The notes: a model not told the origin generated them from the sequence alone. A DNA stretch of 49,700 nucleotides from an uncultured Gemmatimonadaceae bacterium (GCA_964446395.1 CAYUOK010000002.1:1-49700); one strand, 5' to 3'. Positions 9,482 to 17,631 are shown, counted from the first letter of the stretch. Made by a program: numbers and translations.

Positions 9482-9513
9482 CTGCCAGCCTGCCCCGCTG
9501 CCCCGCTGCCCCG
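9482..9513. repeat. tandem octamer array (CTGCCCCG)x3 plus a variant unit
   Basis: 'CTGCCAGC CTGCCCCG CTGCCCCG CTGCCCCG' was read directly from the sequence. It is the C-rich counterpart of the G-rich array at 9153-9190. Confidence 0.9.
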
Positions 9514-9552
9514 CCCAGAAATGAAACTGCCCAAGGCTCATCACCTTGGGCA

Positions 9553-9625
9553 TTGCCCCGCCTGGGATCGAACCAGGACTCTCCTGATCCAGAGTCAGGC
9601 GTGTTGCCAGTTACACCACGGGGCA
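9553..9625 (-). tRNA. tRNA-Gln (anticodon CUG)
   Basis: A 73-nt cloverleaf was folded by hand. The acceptor is TGCCCCG/CGGGGCA, the D arm GTGT..ACAC, the anticodon stem CCTGA/TCAGG with loop CT-CTG-GA, and the T arm CCTGG-TTCGATC-CCAGG. Confidence 0.9.
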
Positions 9626-9633
9626 GAAAGACA

Positions 9634-9706
9634 TGGAGCTGAGGGGGATCGAACCCCTGACCTCTGCAGTGCGATTGCAGCGCTCTCCCAGCTGAGCTAC
9701 AGCCCC
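9634..9706 (-). tRNA. tRNA-Ala (anticodon CGC)
   Basis: A 73-nt cloverleaf was folded by hand. The acceptor GGGGCTG/CAGCTCC contains the G3:U70 Ala identity pair. The anticodon stem is CTGCA/TGCAG with loop AT-CGC-AC, and the T arm is AGGGG-TTCGATC-CCCCT. Confidence 0.9.
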
Positions 9707-9762
9707 CAGCGAGCCGGGGTAAAGTAGTGGGCCGGGGGGTGGAGGTCAACGCGAAAAGGCGC

Positions 9763-9890
9763 GGCAGCGGGGCCGGTCGGCAGCGGGACCGTCCCGGACC
9801 CGATTAGAATACCCTGCCTCAGGGGTCGCGCTGCATAGGGCCACGGAGCGGTTCCGTGTCGTCCCGGCCCTGCTGCCCCGCTGCCCCGCC
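9763..9890. repeat. inverted octamer blocks flanking about 85 nt, directly upstream of a kinase start codon
   Basis: 'GGCAGCGGGG' (9763-9772) and 'GGCAGCGGG' (9779-9787) face 'CTGCCCCGCTGCCCCGCC' (9873-9890). The right block ends 6 nt before the ATG at 9897. Confidence 0.7.
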
Positions 9891-9896
9891 TTCGAC

Positions 9897-11405
9897 ATGC
9901 CCGACTTCTCCTCCCAGCTCGCCGCCGCCCTCGCCCCGGACTACACCCTCGACCGGGAACTTGGCCGCGGCGGCATGGGGGCCGTCTTCCTGGCCCACGA
10001 CACCAAGCTCGACCGCCAGGTCGCCATCAAGGCCCTGCCGCCCGAACATGCCGTGCGCCCGGAGCTCCGCGAGCGCTTCCTCCGCGAGACCCGCACCGCG
10101 GCGTCCTTCTCCCATCCGAACATCGTGCCGGTGCACGGGGTCGAAGATCGCAACCAGATCCTCTGCTTCGTCATGGGGTTTGTCGATGGCGAGACGCTGA
10201 CGCAGCGCGTGCATCGCGCCGGCCCCCTCTCGGCATCCGAAGCCGGGCGCATGATCCAGGAGGTGGCCTGGGCCCTCTCCTACGCCCACGGGCGCGGGGT
10301 CATCCACCGCGACGTGAAGCCCGACAACATCATGATCGAGCGGGCCACCGGCCGCGCGGTCGTCACCGACTTCGGCATCGCCCGCTCCGATGCCGCGAGC
10401 GGCCTCACGGCCGTCGGCGAGGTGATCGGCACCCCACACTTCATGAGCCCGGAGCAGGCCGCCGGCGAACCCCTCGACGGACGGAGCGACCTCTATTCTC
10501 TCGGGTGCGTGGCCTTCTTCGCCGTCACCGGGCACCCCCCGTTCGACGCGCCAAGCACCACCGGCCTGCTGGCCCTGCATCTCACCCAGCGCGCGCCCGC
10601 GGTGCTCTCCAAGCGTCCCGACCTCCCTGCCCCCCTCGCCGCGGTCATCGACCAGCTGCTGCAGAAGGAGCCGGTCCGGCGCTTCGCCTCCGGCGAGGAA
10701 CTGGTGGCGAAGCTGGCCGCATTGCACGCCGCCCGGCCGGAGATCGCCCCCGCCCTGCGGCTCTTTCACCAGCGGAGCGCGATGACTCTCCGCGGGATCC
10801 TCATCTTCGTCGCCTTCACCCCCGCCCTCCTCTCCGGTGCTCGCCTGACCGGCGAGGGACTGATCGTGCCAGTGGCTCTCCTCACGGCGCTCGCCATGAT
10901 GGCCACGACCCTCATGGAGAACGTCCAGCAGCTCCTTCGGCAGGGATTCGGTTACGACGAGGTGTCGGCCAGTGCGCTCGCGCTCGGTGCGGAGCAACAG
11001 GAGGCCGTGGCGGCGCTCCGGAATTCCCCGGATTTCGCCGGCCGGAGCCGGCGGCGAACCATCAGGTCGGTGGTCCTCCTGTCGATCGCCCCGGTCGTCT
11101 TCCTGATCGCCAACTTCTTCCTGAGGACGCCGGAGGGCGATGTCCATTTCCTCACGGTGCCCGGCATCGCGGTGGTCGCGCTTGCCGCAATGCTGTTCGT
11201 GGCCGGCATCGTCACCCTCGCCACCGACGAGCGCCGCCAGCTTCGGTTCGAACGCCGGCTCGAACGGATCTGGACCGGGAAGCTCGGCTTGCTCCTCTTC
11301 CGCCTCGCCGCCTGGGGCGTCGGGCGGGAGCGGGCCAGGGTCGCCAGGCGGAAGGAACGGCTCGAGCAGGAACTGCGGACGCTCGACGGGCGGTCGGACA
11401 AATAG
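9897..11405 (+). CDS. Ser/Thr protein kinase with multi-TM C-terminal region
   Basis: Kinase motifs 'LGRGGMGAVFLA', 'VAIKAL', 'HRDVKPDN' and 'DFGIAR' are present. Hydrophobic segments follow after about aa 300. Confidence 0.9.
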   Translation: MPDFSSQLAAALAPDYTLDRELGRGGMGAVFLAHDTKLDRQVAIKALPPEHAVRPELRERFLRETRTAASFSHPNIVPVHGVEDRNQILCFVMGFVDGETLTQRVHRAGPLSASEAGRMIQEVAWALSYAHGRGVIHRDVKPDNIMIERATGRAVVTDFGIARSDAASGLTAVGEVIGTPHFMSPEQAAGEPLDGRSDLYSLGCVAFFAVTGHPPFDAPSTTGLLALHLTQRAPAVLSKRPDLPAPLAAVIDQLLQKEPVRRFASGEELVAKLAALHAARPEIAPALRLFHQRSAMTLRGILIFVAFTPALLSGARLTGEGLIVPVALLTALAMMATTLMENVQQLLRQGFGYDEVSASALALGAEQQEAVAALRNSPDFAGRSRRRTIRSVVLLSIAPVVFLIANFFLRTPEGDVHFLTVPGIAVVALAAMLFVAGIVTLATDERRQLRFERRLERIWTGKLGLLLFRLAAWGVGRERARVARRKERLEQELRTLDGRSDK

Positions 11406-11408
11406 AAG

Positions 11409-11436
11409 GGGCCGGGAGGAGCGATCCCCCCGGCCC
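11409..11436. terminator. short GC hairpin between convergent genes
   Basis: GGGCCGGG (11409-11416) pairs with CCCGGCCC (11429-11436). The stem is short and the T-tract is weak. Confidence 0.4.
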
Positions 11437-11455
11437 GATTCCATCGGCGATGCTG

Positions 11456-12151
11456 CTAGTTCTTGTCGGCGAGCACGATCGCGCCAAACGGAGCGCCGCC
11501 GCCTGCGGCATCGAGCGCGACGCCGGTACGGATCTGGCCCGCGGTGACCGCCAGGGTGCCGGTGTCAAGCGCTACCGTCTTGGTGCCGGTCGGCGTGATC
11601 CGAACCTGGTAGCTGCCGGCAGGAACCTCGAGGTAGCCCGAGAACCCGCGGAAGGGCACGTCGACCAGCGTCGGGGCGATGCCGGAGATGTCTGCGCCCG
11701 GGGCCGTCACGTAGATGTCGACGTTCGGCGCGCTCGGCGCGCCGTGGACCAGGCGCACCTTCACGTTGCCCGCCGCCGGATTGGCGTAGTCGTCAGTCAA
11801 GACGAGCGGCTGGATGGTCGCCACCGGCCCGGTGGCCATGACGGTGTAATACATGCCCGAGGCCACCGCCACATCGGCGTCGATGACCGTCGTCGTGGTG
11901 CCGGTGGCGCGCACCTTGAGGTTCCGGGTGCCCGCCGGGACGGACAGATAGCCGGAGGCGGCCTCGTACGCCACGTTGGTCAGAACCACGACGTTGTCCA
12001 CCAGCACGTCCACGTTCGGGGCGTCAGGCGAGGCGTGGACCACCCGGACGTTCGCGGTCACGGTGGTCGGCTCCGTCGTATCGTCATCGCTGCAGGCGGT
12101 GCCCGCGACACCGACCGTGAGGGCCAGGGCGAGCAGGTTGGTGAGTTGCAT
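11456..12151 (-). CDS. DUF4397-domain lipoprotein
   Basis: The lipobox is 'LTVGVAGTAC' and GGAGGA lies upstream of the ATG. Two repeats of 'VR.VHASPDAPNVD...GYL.VPAG' are as I recall for DUF4397. Confidence 0.8.
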   Translation of the reverse strand: MQLTNLLALALTVGVAGTACSDDDTTEPTTVTANVRVVHASPDAPNVDVLVDNVVVLTNVAYEAASGYLSVPAGTRNLKVRATGTTTTVIDADVAVASGMYYTVMATGPVATIQPLVLTDDYANPAAGNVKVRLVHGAPSAPNVDIYVTAPGADISGIAPTLVDVPFRGFSGYLEVPAGSYQVRITPTGTKTVALDTGTLAVTAGQIRTGVALDAAGGGAPFGAIVLADKN

Positions 12152-12211
12152 TGGTCGTTCCTCCAGAGGTGCGACTTGGTTGGTTGCGTCGAGCCGTCAA
12201 ATCGGCTTCGT

Positions 12212-12243
12212 GAACCGAATACACCGAATATTTGTATAGGTTC
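12212..12243. promoter_or_regulatory. imperfect palindrome in the AT-rich photolyase upstream region (candidate operator)
   Basis: 'GAACCGAATACA-CCGAATATT-TGTATAGGTTC' has nested inverted arms GAACC/GGTTC and ATACA/TGTAT. It lies 56 nt upstream of the ATG at 12299. Confidence 0.35.
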
Positions 12244-12298
12244 CAAGCCATAAACCTTGAACAAAAAACGGCTCGAACCACCCCCCCCTGACCGGGGT

Positions 12299-13807
12299 AT
12301 GCCAGTCATGCCACCCAAGTCCCCCGTCACCGACCACCGGATCCACGTCGGCCGGCGCACCCAGCCCGTTCCAGGGGACTATGTCCTGTACTGGATCCAG
12401 ACCACCCTGCGGTCCCGCGAGAACCCCGCGCTGAACTTCGCCGCGGAGCGCGCCAACGAACTGGGGCTGCCCCTGGTCGTGTATCAGGGACTCCGGCCCG
12501 ACTACCCCTGGGCGAGCGACCGATTCCATGCCTTCATCCTGGAGTCGGCGGCGGACATGGCCGCGGATTTCGCCGATCGGGGCATCCCGTACGGCTTCCA
12601 CCTCGAGCGCCGGAGGCGCGAGGCGGGCGAGCCGCGGCCCGAGTCGCCGCTCCAGCAGCTGGCGGGCCGGGCGGCGTTCGTGGTCACCGACTACTTCCCG
12701 ACCTTCATCGTCCCGCGGCAGACGCGACGACTCCGCGAGCGCATCGACGCGCCGGTCGTGGCCGTGGATTCGTGCACCATCGTGCCGATGGGGTACATCA
12801 GCCGGGCCCATCCGACCGCGCGGGGCTTCCGGACCGAGGTGGTCGCGGCCCTGCCCCACTTCCTCCATCCCGTGGGCACCGTGGAGCCGCGGACCCGCCG
12901 TGCGTTCGAGTTCCCGTTCGAGTCCGCCCTGCCCATCCGCGGCCCCGTCCCGGCAGCCGAGCTTGCGGCCTCGTGCGACATCGACCATGCCGTGGGGCCC
13001 TCACCGAGCATCCGCGGCGGCCAGCGCGCGGCCGCAACGAGGCTCGCGGCTTTTCTCGAGACCCGGCTCACCCGCTACGCCGAGGATCGTGGCGATCCCA
13101 ACCACCCCGAGGCGGTGAGCGGCCTGTCGCCGTATCTCCACTTCGGCAACATCAGTCCGCAGGAGGTGCTCCTCCGCGTACGCGACGTGGCCCCGCCCGC
13201 GCAGTACGAGCGCTTCCAGGACGAGCTCCTCGTCTGGCGCGAGCTGGCCCACAACTTCTGCCACCACGATCCGGCGCACCGGACGCTCGCAGCGACGCCG
13301 GCGTGGGCCCGCAAGGAGCTCGACGACCACGCCGCCGACCCGCGGCCGGCGCTGTACTCGATGGAGGAACTGGAACGGGGGAAGACCGGAAGCGTGCTGT
13401 GGAACGCGGCCCAGCGCGCCTACGTGCGCGACGGCACGATGCCCAACTACCTGCGGATGCTGTGGGGGAAGGCGATCCTGCACTGGAGTGCCGACGCCGG
13501 CACGGCGCTCCGGACGATGGAGCACCTCAACAACAAGTACTCACTCGACGGGCGGGACCCGAACAGCTACGCGGGGTTCCACTGGATCCTCGGCAAGTTC
13601 GACCGGCCGTTCTACCGGCGTCCCGTCTTCGGGACCGTCCGCTACATGTCGCTCACCGCAGCCGAGAAGAAGTTCGACGTGAAGGCGTGGCTCGCCTCGG
13701 AAGCGAAGCGGGACGCGCCCGCCGGGCTCACCGCCCCGACGGCAGCCGTGCCAGCTGGCGGTCGTGCGCGCGGGAAAGGACGAGGAGCGCCGACGCCGCC
13801 CCGATGA
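12299..13807 (+). CDS. phr: class II deoxyribodipyrimidine (CPD) photolyase
   Basis: 'YVLYWIQTTLRSRENPALNFA' and the C-terminal 'NYLRMLWGKAILHWS...HLNNKYSLDGRDPNSYAGFHWILGKFDRPF' are class II photolyase hallmarks (recollection). The track start at 12257 is a TTG right after a stop. I prefer the ATG at 12299, but the start remains uncertain. Confidence 0.85.
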   Translation: MPVMPPKSPVTDHRIHVGRRTQPVPGDYVLYWIQTTLRSRENPALNFAAERANELGLPLVVYQGLRPDYPWASDRFHAFILESAADMAADFADRGIPYGFHLERRRREAGEPRPESPLQQLAGRAAFVVTDYFPTFIVPRQTRRLRERIDAPVVAVDSCTIVPMGYISRAHPTARGFRTEVVAALPHFLHPVGTVEPRTRRAFEFPFESALPIRGPVPAAELAASCDIDHAVGPSPSIRGGQRAAATRLAAFLETRLTRYAEDRGDPNHPEAVSGLSPYLHFGNISPQEVLLRVRDVAPPAQYERFQDELLVWRELAHNFCHHDPAHRTLAATPAWARKELDDHAADPRPALYSMEELERGKTGSVLWNAAQRAYVRDGTMPNYLRMLWGKAILHWSADAGTALRTMEHLNNKYSLDGRDPNSYAGFHWILGKFDRPFYRRPVFGTVRYMSLTAAEKKFDVKAWLASEAKRDAPAGLTAPTAAVPAGGRARGKGRGAPTPPR

Positions 13808-14351
13808 GGGCCAGGAACATGTCCCACTGCGTGTCCCACACGTCGCCCTGCGTCCCGAGGAAGGCGGTCGACGAGGCCCCCGCGAGCACCGCCGTCCACC
13901 ACTCGATCATCTCGTAGAACGCGCTGAACGCCAGGCAGAAGGCGACGACCACGAAGGGCAGCCAGCGACTGCCACGGAGCGGCGACGTCCGCACCAGGAT
14001 CTCCCTGGCCAGGATGGCGGGGATGAACCCCTGGGCGAAGTGCCCGAGCCGGTCGTAGTGGTTGCGCGCGAGGCCGAGCGCGTCGCTGACCCAGAACCCC
14101 GCCGGCACCTCCGCATAGGTGTACTTCCCCCCGACCATCAGGATGCAGGCGTGCACCGCGAGCAAAGTGTAGAGCAGCGGCGTGAGCGGGAACCGCCGGC
14201 CGGTGGCCAGGAGAACCGGCACCCCGATCAGGACAGGCGCGACCTCCAGCACCCAGGTGAAGCGGTCGTGGGGAGCCACGCCGGACCAGGCGAGCACCGC
14301 CAGCACCAGCGCCAGGAGGGTGAAGGGAAGCCGGTTCGCGGTCGCAGTCAT
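13728..14351 (-). CDS. YjdF/DUF2238-family inner membrane protein
   Basis: The internal ATG gives 'MTATANRLPF...'. 'GGKYTYAEVPAGFW...LGLARNHYDRLGHF' and 'FLGTQGDVWDTQWDM' match my recollection of DUF2238. The ATG overlaps the rnz stop (ATGA). Confidence 0.8.
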   Translation of the reverse strand: MTATANRLPFTLLALVLAVLAWSGVAPHDRFTWVLEVAPVLIGVPVLLATGRRFPLTPLLYTLLAVHACILMVGGKYTYAEVPAGFWVSDALGLARNHYDRLGHFAQGFIPAILAREILVRTSPLRGSRWLPFVVVAFCLAFSAFYEMIEWWTAVLAGASSTAFLGTQGDVWDTQWDMFLALIGAASALLVLSRAHDRQLARLPSGR

Positions 14352-15280
14352 GGGGCGGCCTCGGCGTCGGGAAAGGGGACATCCACGATCAACCCGTCGC
14401 GCGCCACGATCGAGGCAGGAAAGATGGCCTGGGCCTCCGCCAGCAGTTCGGGCGCCTCGCGCGTGTAGCGCGCGGAAATGTGGGTCAGGACCAGGCGACG
14501 CACGCCCGCGTCGCGCGCGATGCCGGCGGCGTCCGCGGCGGTGCTGTGCCCGGTCTGGTCGGCCTTTTCCGACTCCTCGGCCGAAAAGGTGGCCTCGTGC
14601 ACCAGCAGGTCGGCGCCGGTGGCCGCGGCGCCGATGACCGGGCTGGGGCGGGTGTCCCCCGAGATGACCACCTTCCGCCCCGGCCGCGGCGGACCGACCA
14701 GGTCGGTGGGCCCCACCCGGCTCCCGTCCGGCAGCTCCACCGTCTCGCCGCGGTGCAGGCGTCCCCACAGCGGCCCTTCCGGCACGCCGAGTTCGCGCAC
14801 CCGCTCCGGCTGGAAGCGGCCGAGCCGGGTGTGCTCGACGAGGACGTAGGCCAGCGAGGTCGCGCGGTGGTCGGCCTCAACCGCCACGACGTCGTAGTCC
14901 GGCCGGCTCACCCGGTCCCCAGGGGCGAGCTCCAGGATCTCGACCGGGAACTTGTTCCGTTCGATCCCGACGGCCAGCGCGTGCTCCAGCACGCGGCGGG
15001 CACCACGCGGGCCGTACAGCCGCAAGGCATCGGTCCGGTCCTGGAGCCCGAGCGTCCGCACCAGGCCGGTGAGGCCGAGCAGGTGATCGGCGTGGAAGTG
15101 AGTGAAGAAAAGGTCCCGGACGGAGAAGCTCACCCCGTACCGCATCATCTGGCGCTGGGTCCCCTCCCCACAATCGAACAGCAGGGTCTCCCCCTCGCGG
15201 GCCACCGCGAGGGACGCGACGTTGCGATCGAGGGAGGGGATCGCCGCACCGGTGCCGAGGAAGGTGAGGGTCAGGGTCAT
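14348..15280 (-). CDS. rnz: ribonuclease Z
   Basis: 'LTFLGTGAAIPS', 'FTHFHADHLLGL' (HxHxDH) and the metallo-beta-lactamase fold length all fit RNase Z. Confidence 0.9.
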   Translation of the reverse strand: MTLTLTFLGTGAAIPSLDRNVASLAVAREGETLLFDCGEGTQRQMMRYGVSFSVRDLFFTHFHADHLLGLTGLVRTLGLQDRTDALRLYGPRGARRVLEHALAVGIERNKFPVEILELAPGDRVSRPDYDVVAVEADHRATSLAYVLVEHTRLGRFQPERVRELGVPEGPLWGRLHRGETVELPDGSRVGPTDLVGPPRPGRKVVISGDTRPSPVIGAAATGADLLVHEATFSAEESEKADQTGHSTAADAAGIARDAGVRRLVLTHISARYTREAPELLAEAQAIFPASIVARDGLIVDVPFPDAEAAP

Positions 15281-15389
15281 GGCGGGTTCAAGATAACCCC
15301 GGGGGAGGAGCCCGGAAGCGGGGAGTCGGAACCTTTTTCCCGGGGACCGGGTTCTACTGAGACGACCCCAACTTCATCCGGAGCGCTGC

Positions 15390-15980
15390 ATGGCCGTTGC
15401 GCGACTGCCCTGGACCCAGCCCCCCGCGGAGACCCGCTTCCAGTCGGCGGTGCGGGACATGCTCGAACTGGTCGGTGAGGACCCCGACCGCGACGGGCTC
15501 CTCAAGACGCCCGAGCGGGTCGAGCGCGCGATGCGCTGGCTCACACGGGGCTACGACCTCGACGCCGCCGAGGTCATCGGCGACGCGCTGTTCGAGGAAA
15601 CCCACCAGAACATGATCGTGGTGCGGGACATCGAGTTCTACTCGATGTGCGAGCACCACATGCTGCCGTTCTTCGGCAAGGCGCACGTGGCCTACATCCC
15701 CGACGGGCGGATCGTCGGGCTCTCCAAGGTGGCGCGCGTGGTGGACGTATTCGCCCGGCGGCTGCAGGTCCAGGAGCGGCTCACCGACCAGATCGCCGAG
15801 GCGCTCGAGGACGCGCTCGCGCCCCGGGGCGTGGGCGTGGTCCTCGAGGCGTCGCACTTCTGCATGATGATGCGGGGAGTGGAGAAGCAGGGCTCCCGGA
15901 CGCTCACGAGCGCATTGCGCGGCGCCTTCCGGGAGGATGCCAGCACGCGGGACGAGTTCCTGCGGCTGGTGCAGCGATAG
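15390..15980 (+). CDS. folE: GTP cyclohydrolase I
   Basis: 'GLLKTPERV', '[22 protein letters not shown]', 'GLSKVARVV' and 'RLQVQERLT' are canonical FolE motifs. Confidence 0.95.
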   Translation: MAVARLPWTQPPAETRFQSAVRDMLELVGEDPDRDGLLKTPERVERAMRWLTRGYDLDAAEVIGDALFEETHQNMIVVRDIEFYSMCEHHMLPFFGKAHVAYIPDGRIVGLSKVARVVDVFARRLQVQERLTDQIAEALEDALAPRGVGVVLEASHFCMMMRGVEKQGSRTLTSALRGAFREDASTRDEFLRLVQR

Positions 15981-15987
15981 GGCCCGC

Positions 15988-16872
15988 TCAGAACATCTTT
16001 ACCTGCACGGTGAGCTTGCCCGGCTTGGCCTGGATCGAGTCCAGCAGGGCCTGCATCGACTCCAGGGTGGCCGTGAGCTGGTCGTAAAGCGCGGGGTTGG
16101 TGGCCACCTGTCCGAGGGTCCCCTTCCCCGCGTTGATGTTGCGCACCAGCGTGTCCATCCGTGCCGTGGTGGTGGTCAGCTGGGTGGTCAGTCGGGTCAG
16201 CCCCGCCGTGGCGCTGTCCATGTTCTGCATGGTGCGCCCGAGCGACGGGTTGGCCAGCGTCGAGTCGAGGCGCGCGCTGACCGACTGCAGCGACACCATG
16301 AGCCGCGTCATTTCCGCCGTGGGGCCGGTGCGGGTGTCGGCGTAGACGGCCATGAGCCGCTGCATCGACTTGAGGGTCTGGTGGAGGTCGTCGGCCATCC
16401 GCTCGTTGAGCAGCGTCTGCGCGCCGACCATGACCGCCCGGGCCTGGTCGCCGAGCTCGTTCACCATCCCGCCCATCCCGGGCGCGGTGAGTCCCTGGAG
16501 GTAGTCTCCCGGCGCGAGGGGCACGCTGTCGGTGCCGGGGTCGAGCACGATCTCCACGTCGCCCAGGACGCCGACGGCCTCGATCGTGGCCGACGCGTCC
16601 CGCTGGAGCTGGACCGGCTGGGTGAGGGCCAGGTCCACGCGCACGCTGCCCACCCCCTCGAAGACGATCCGGTCCACCTTCCCCACCTGCACGCCGGACA
16701 CCTTGACCGGCGTGCTCGACTTGACGTTGCCGATGTCCGTGAACCGCACCGGCACCAGGTTGTCCCGCCCGAAGCTCTTGCCGCCCAGCCACATCGTGCC
16801 GACGACGAAGATCGCCGCCCCCGCGAGCACGATGGAACCGACCAGAGCCTCACGCTTGTAGTGCAGGTCCAT
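15988..16872 (-). CDS. mlaD: MlaD/MCE-domain protein
   Basis: An N-terminal TM segment is followed by the MCE block 'VKVSGVQVGKVDRI'. The gene lies downstream of mlaF and mlaE. Confidence 0.85.
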   Translation of the reverse strand: MDLHYKREALVGSIVLAGAAIFVVGTMWLGGKSFGRDNLVPVRFTDIGNVKSSTPVKVSGVQVGKVDRIVFEGVGSVRVDLALTQPVQLQRDASATIEAVGVLGDVEIVLDPGTDSVPLAPGDYLQGLTAPGMGGMVNELGDQARAVMVGAQTLLNERMADDLHQTLKSMQRLMAVYADTRTGPTAEMTRLMVSLQSVSARLDSTLANPSLGRTMQNMDSATAGLTRLTTQLTTTTARMDTLVRNINAGKGTLGQVATNPALYDQLTATLESMQALLDSIQAKPGKLTVQVKMF

Positions 16873-16878
16873 AGGGCC

Positions 16879-17631
16879 TCAGGCCGCGAAGGAATGTGGT
16901 TCGAAGTCCCGCTCGAGGAACGCCTTGATGCGCGGGTCCTCGGACGCGAGGAACTCCTGGGGCGTCCCCTGGAGCACGATCTTGCCGTCGCTCAGGAGCG
17001 CCACCCGGTCCGAGACCCGGAACGCCCCGCGGACGTCGTGCGTCACCATGACGCTCGTGACGCCGAGCGTGTCGGCGAGGTGCTTGACGAGGCTGTCGAT
17101 GATGTCCGCGTTGACCGGGTCGAGCCCCGAGGTCGGCTCGTCGTAGAGCAGGTACTTGGGGCGGCCCGCGATGGCCCGCGCGATGCCGACCCGCTTCCGC
17201 ATGCCGCCCGAGAGCTGGGCCGGGTACTTCTCGGCCACCTCCGGCGCGAGGTTCACCAGCGCGAGGCACTCCGGCACCCGCCTGGCGCAGTATTCGGCGT
17301 CGCGGTTGGCCTTCTCGTCGGTGATGCCGAGACGGATGTTCTCGAAGACGTTCATCGAGTCGAACAGCGCGCCGTTCTGGAACACGTACCCGATGGTGCT
17401 CCGCAGCGCCGCGAGCTCCTTCCGGCCGAGCGTGGAGACGTTGAGGTCGTCCACGATGATCGTCCCGGAGTCCGGGTGGATGAGCCCGATGATGTGCTTC
17501 AGGAGGACGCTCTTCCCCGTGCCCGACGGCCCGAGCAGCGCGACCGTCTCCCCCTCCTCGACCGAAAAGTTGACCCCGTCGAGGATCACCTGCTGCCCGA
17601 AGCGCTTGTGGACGTCGCGAAGCTCGATCAT
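16879..17631 (-). CDS. mlaF: ABC transporter ATP-binding protein (MlaF-like)
   Basis: The internal ATG gives 'MIELRDVHKRF'. Walker A 'GPSGTGKS', signature 'LSGGMRKR' and Walker B 'LLYDEP' are present. The ATG overlaps the mlaE stop (ATGA). Confidence 0.9.
   Translation of the reverse strand: MIELRDVHKRFGQQVILDGVNFSVEEGETVALLGPSGTGKSVLLKHIIGLIHPDSGTIIVDDLNVSTLGRKELAALRSTIGYVFQNGALFDSMNVFENIRLGITDEKANRDAEYCARRVPECLALVNLAPEVAEKYPAQLSGGMRKRVGIARAIAGRPKYLLYDEPTSGLDPVNADIIDSLVKHLADTLGVTSVMVTHDVRGAFRVSDRVALLSDGKIVLQGTPQEFLASEDPRIKAFLERDFEPHSFAA

Noticed and set aside
9153-9513. The tandem short repeats here, and those at 19115-19193 and 3235-3336, were considered as a possible CRISPR array.
   Set aside because: The units are 7-8 nt and directly abutting, with no spacers. 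No cas genes are present. These are simple tandem or inverted repeats.
9473-9727. An 84-aa ORF starts at the ATGA overlap with the antitoxin and was a candidate toxin.
   Set aside because: It runs through the CTGCCCCG array and is antisense to both tRNA genes. It has no resemblance to RelE, ParE, YoeB or Doc toxins. It is treated as non-coding, though it may mark where a toxin gene once started.
13642-14382. An alternative 246-aa minus ORF overlaps the yjdF-like gene. A 346-aa extension of the yjdF frame (13728..14768) was also considered.
   Set aside because: The extra sequence is Arg/Gly/Pro-rich and overlaps the conserved rnz frame. The DUF2238 homology begins at 'MTATANRLPF', whose ATG is coupled to the rnz stop.
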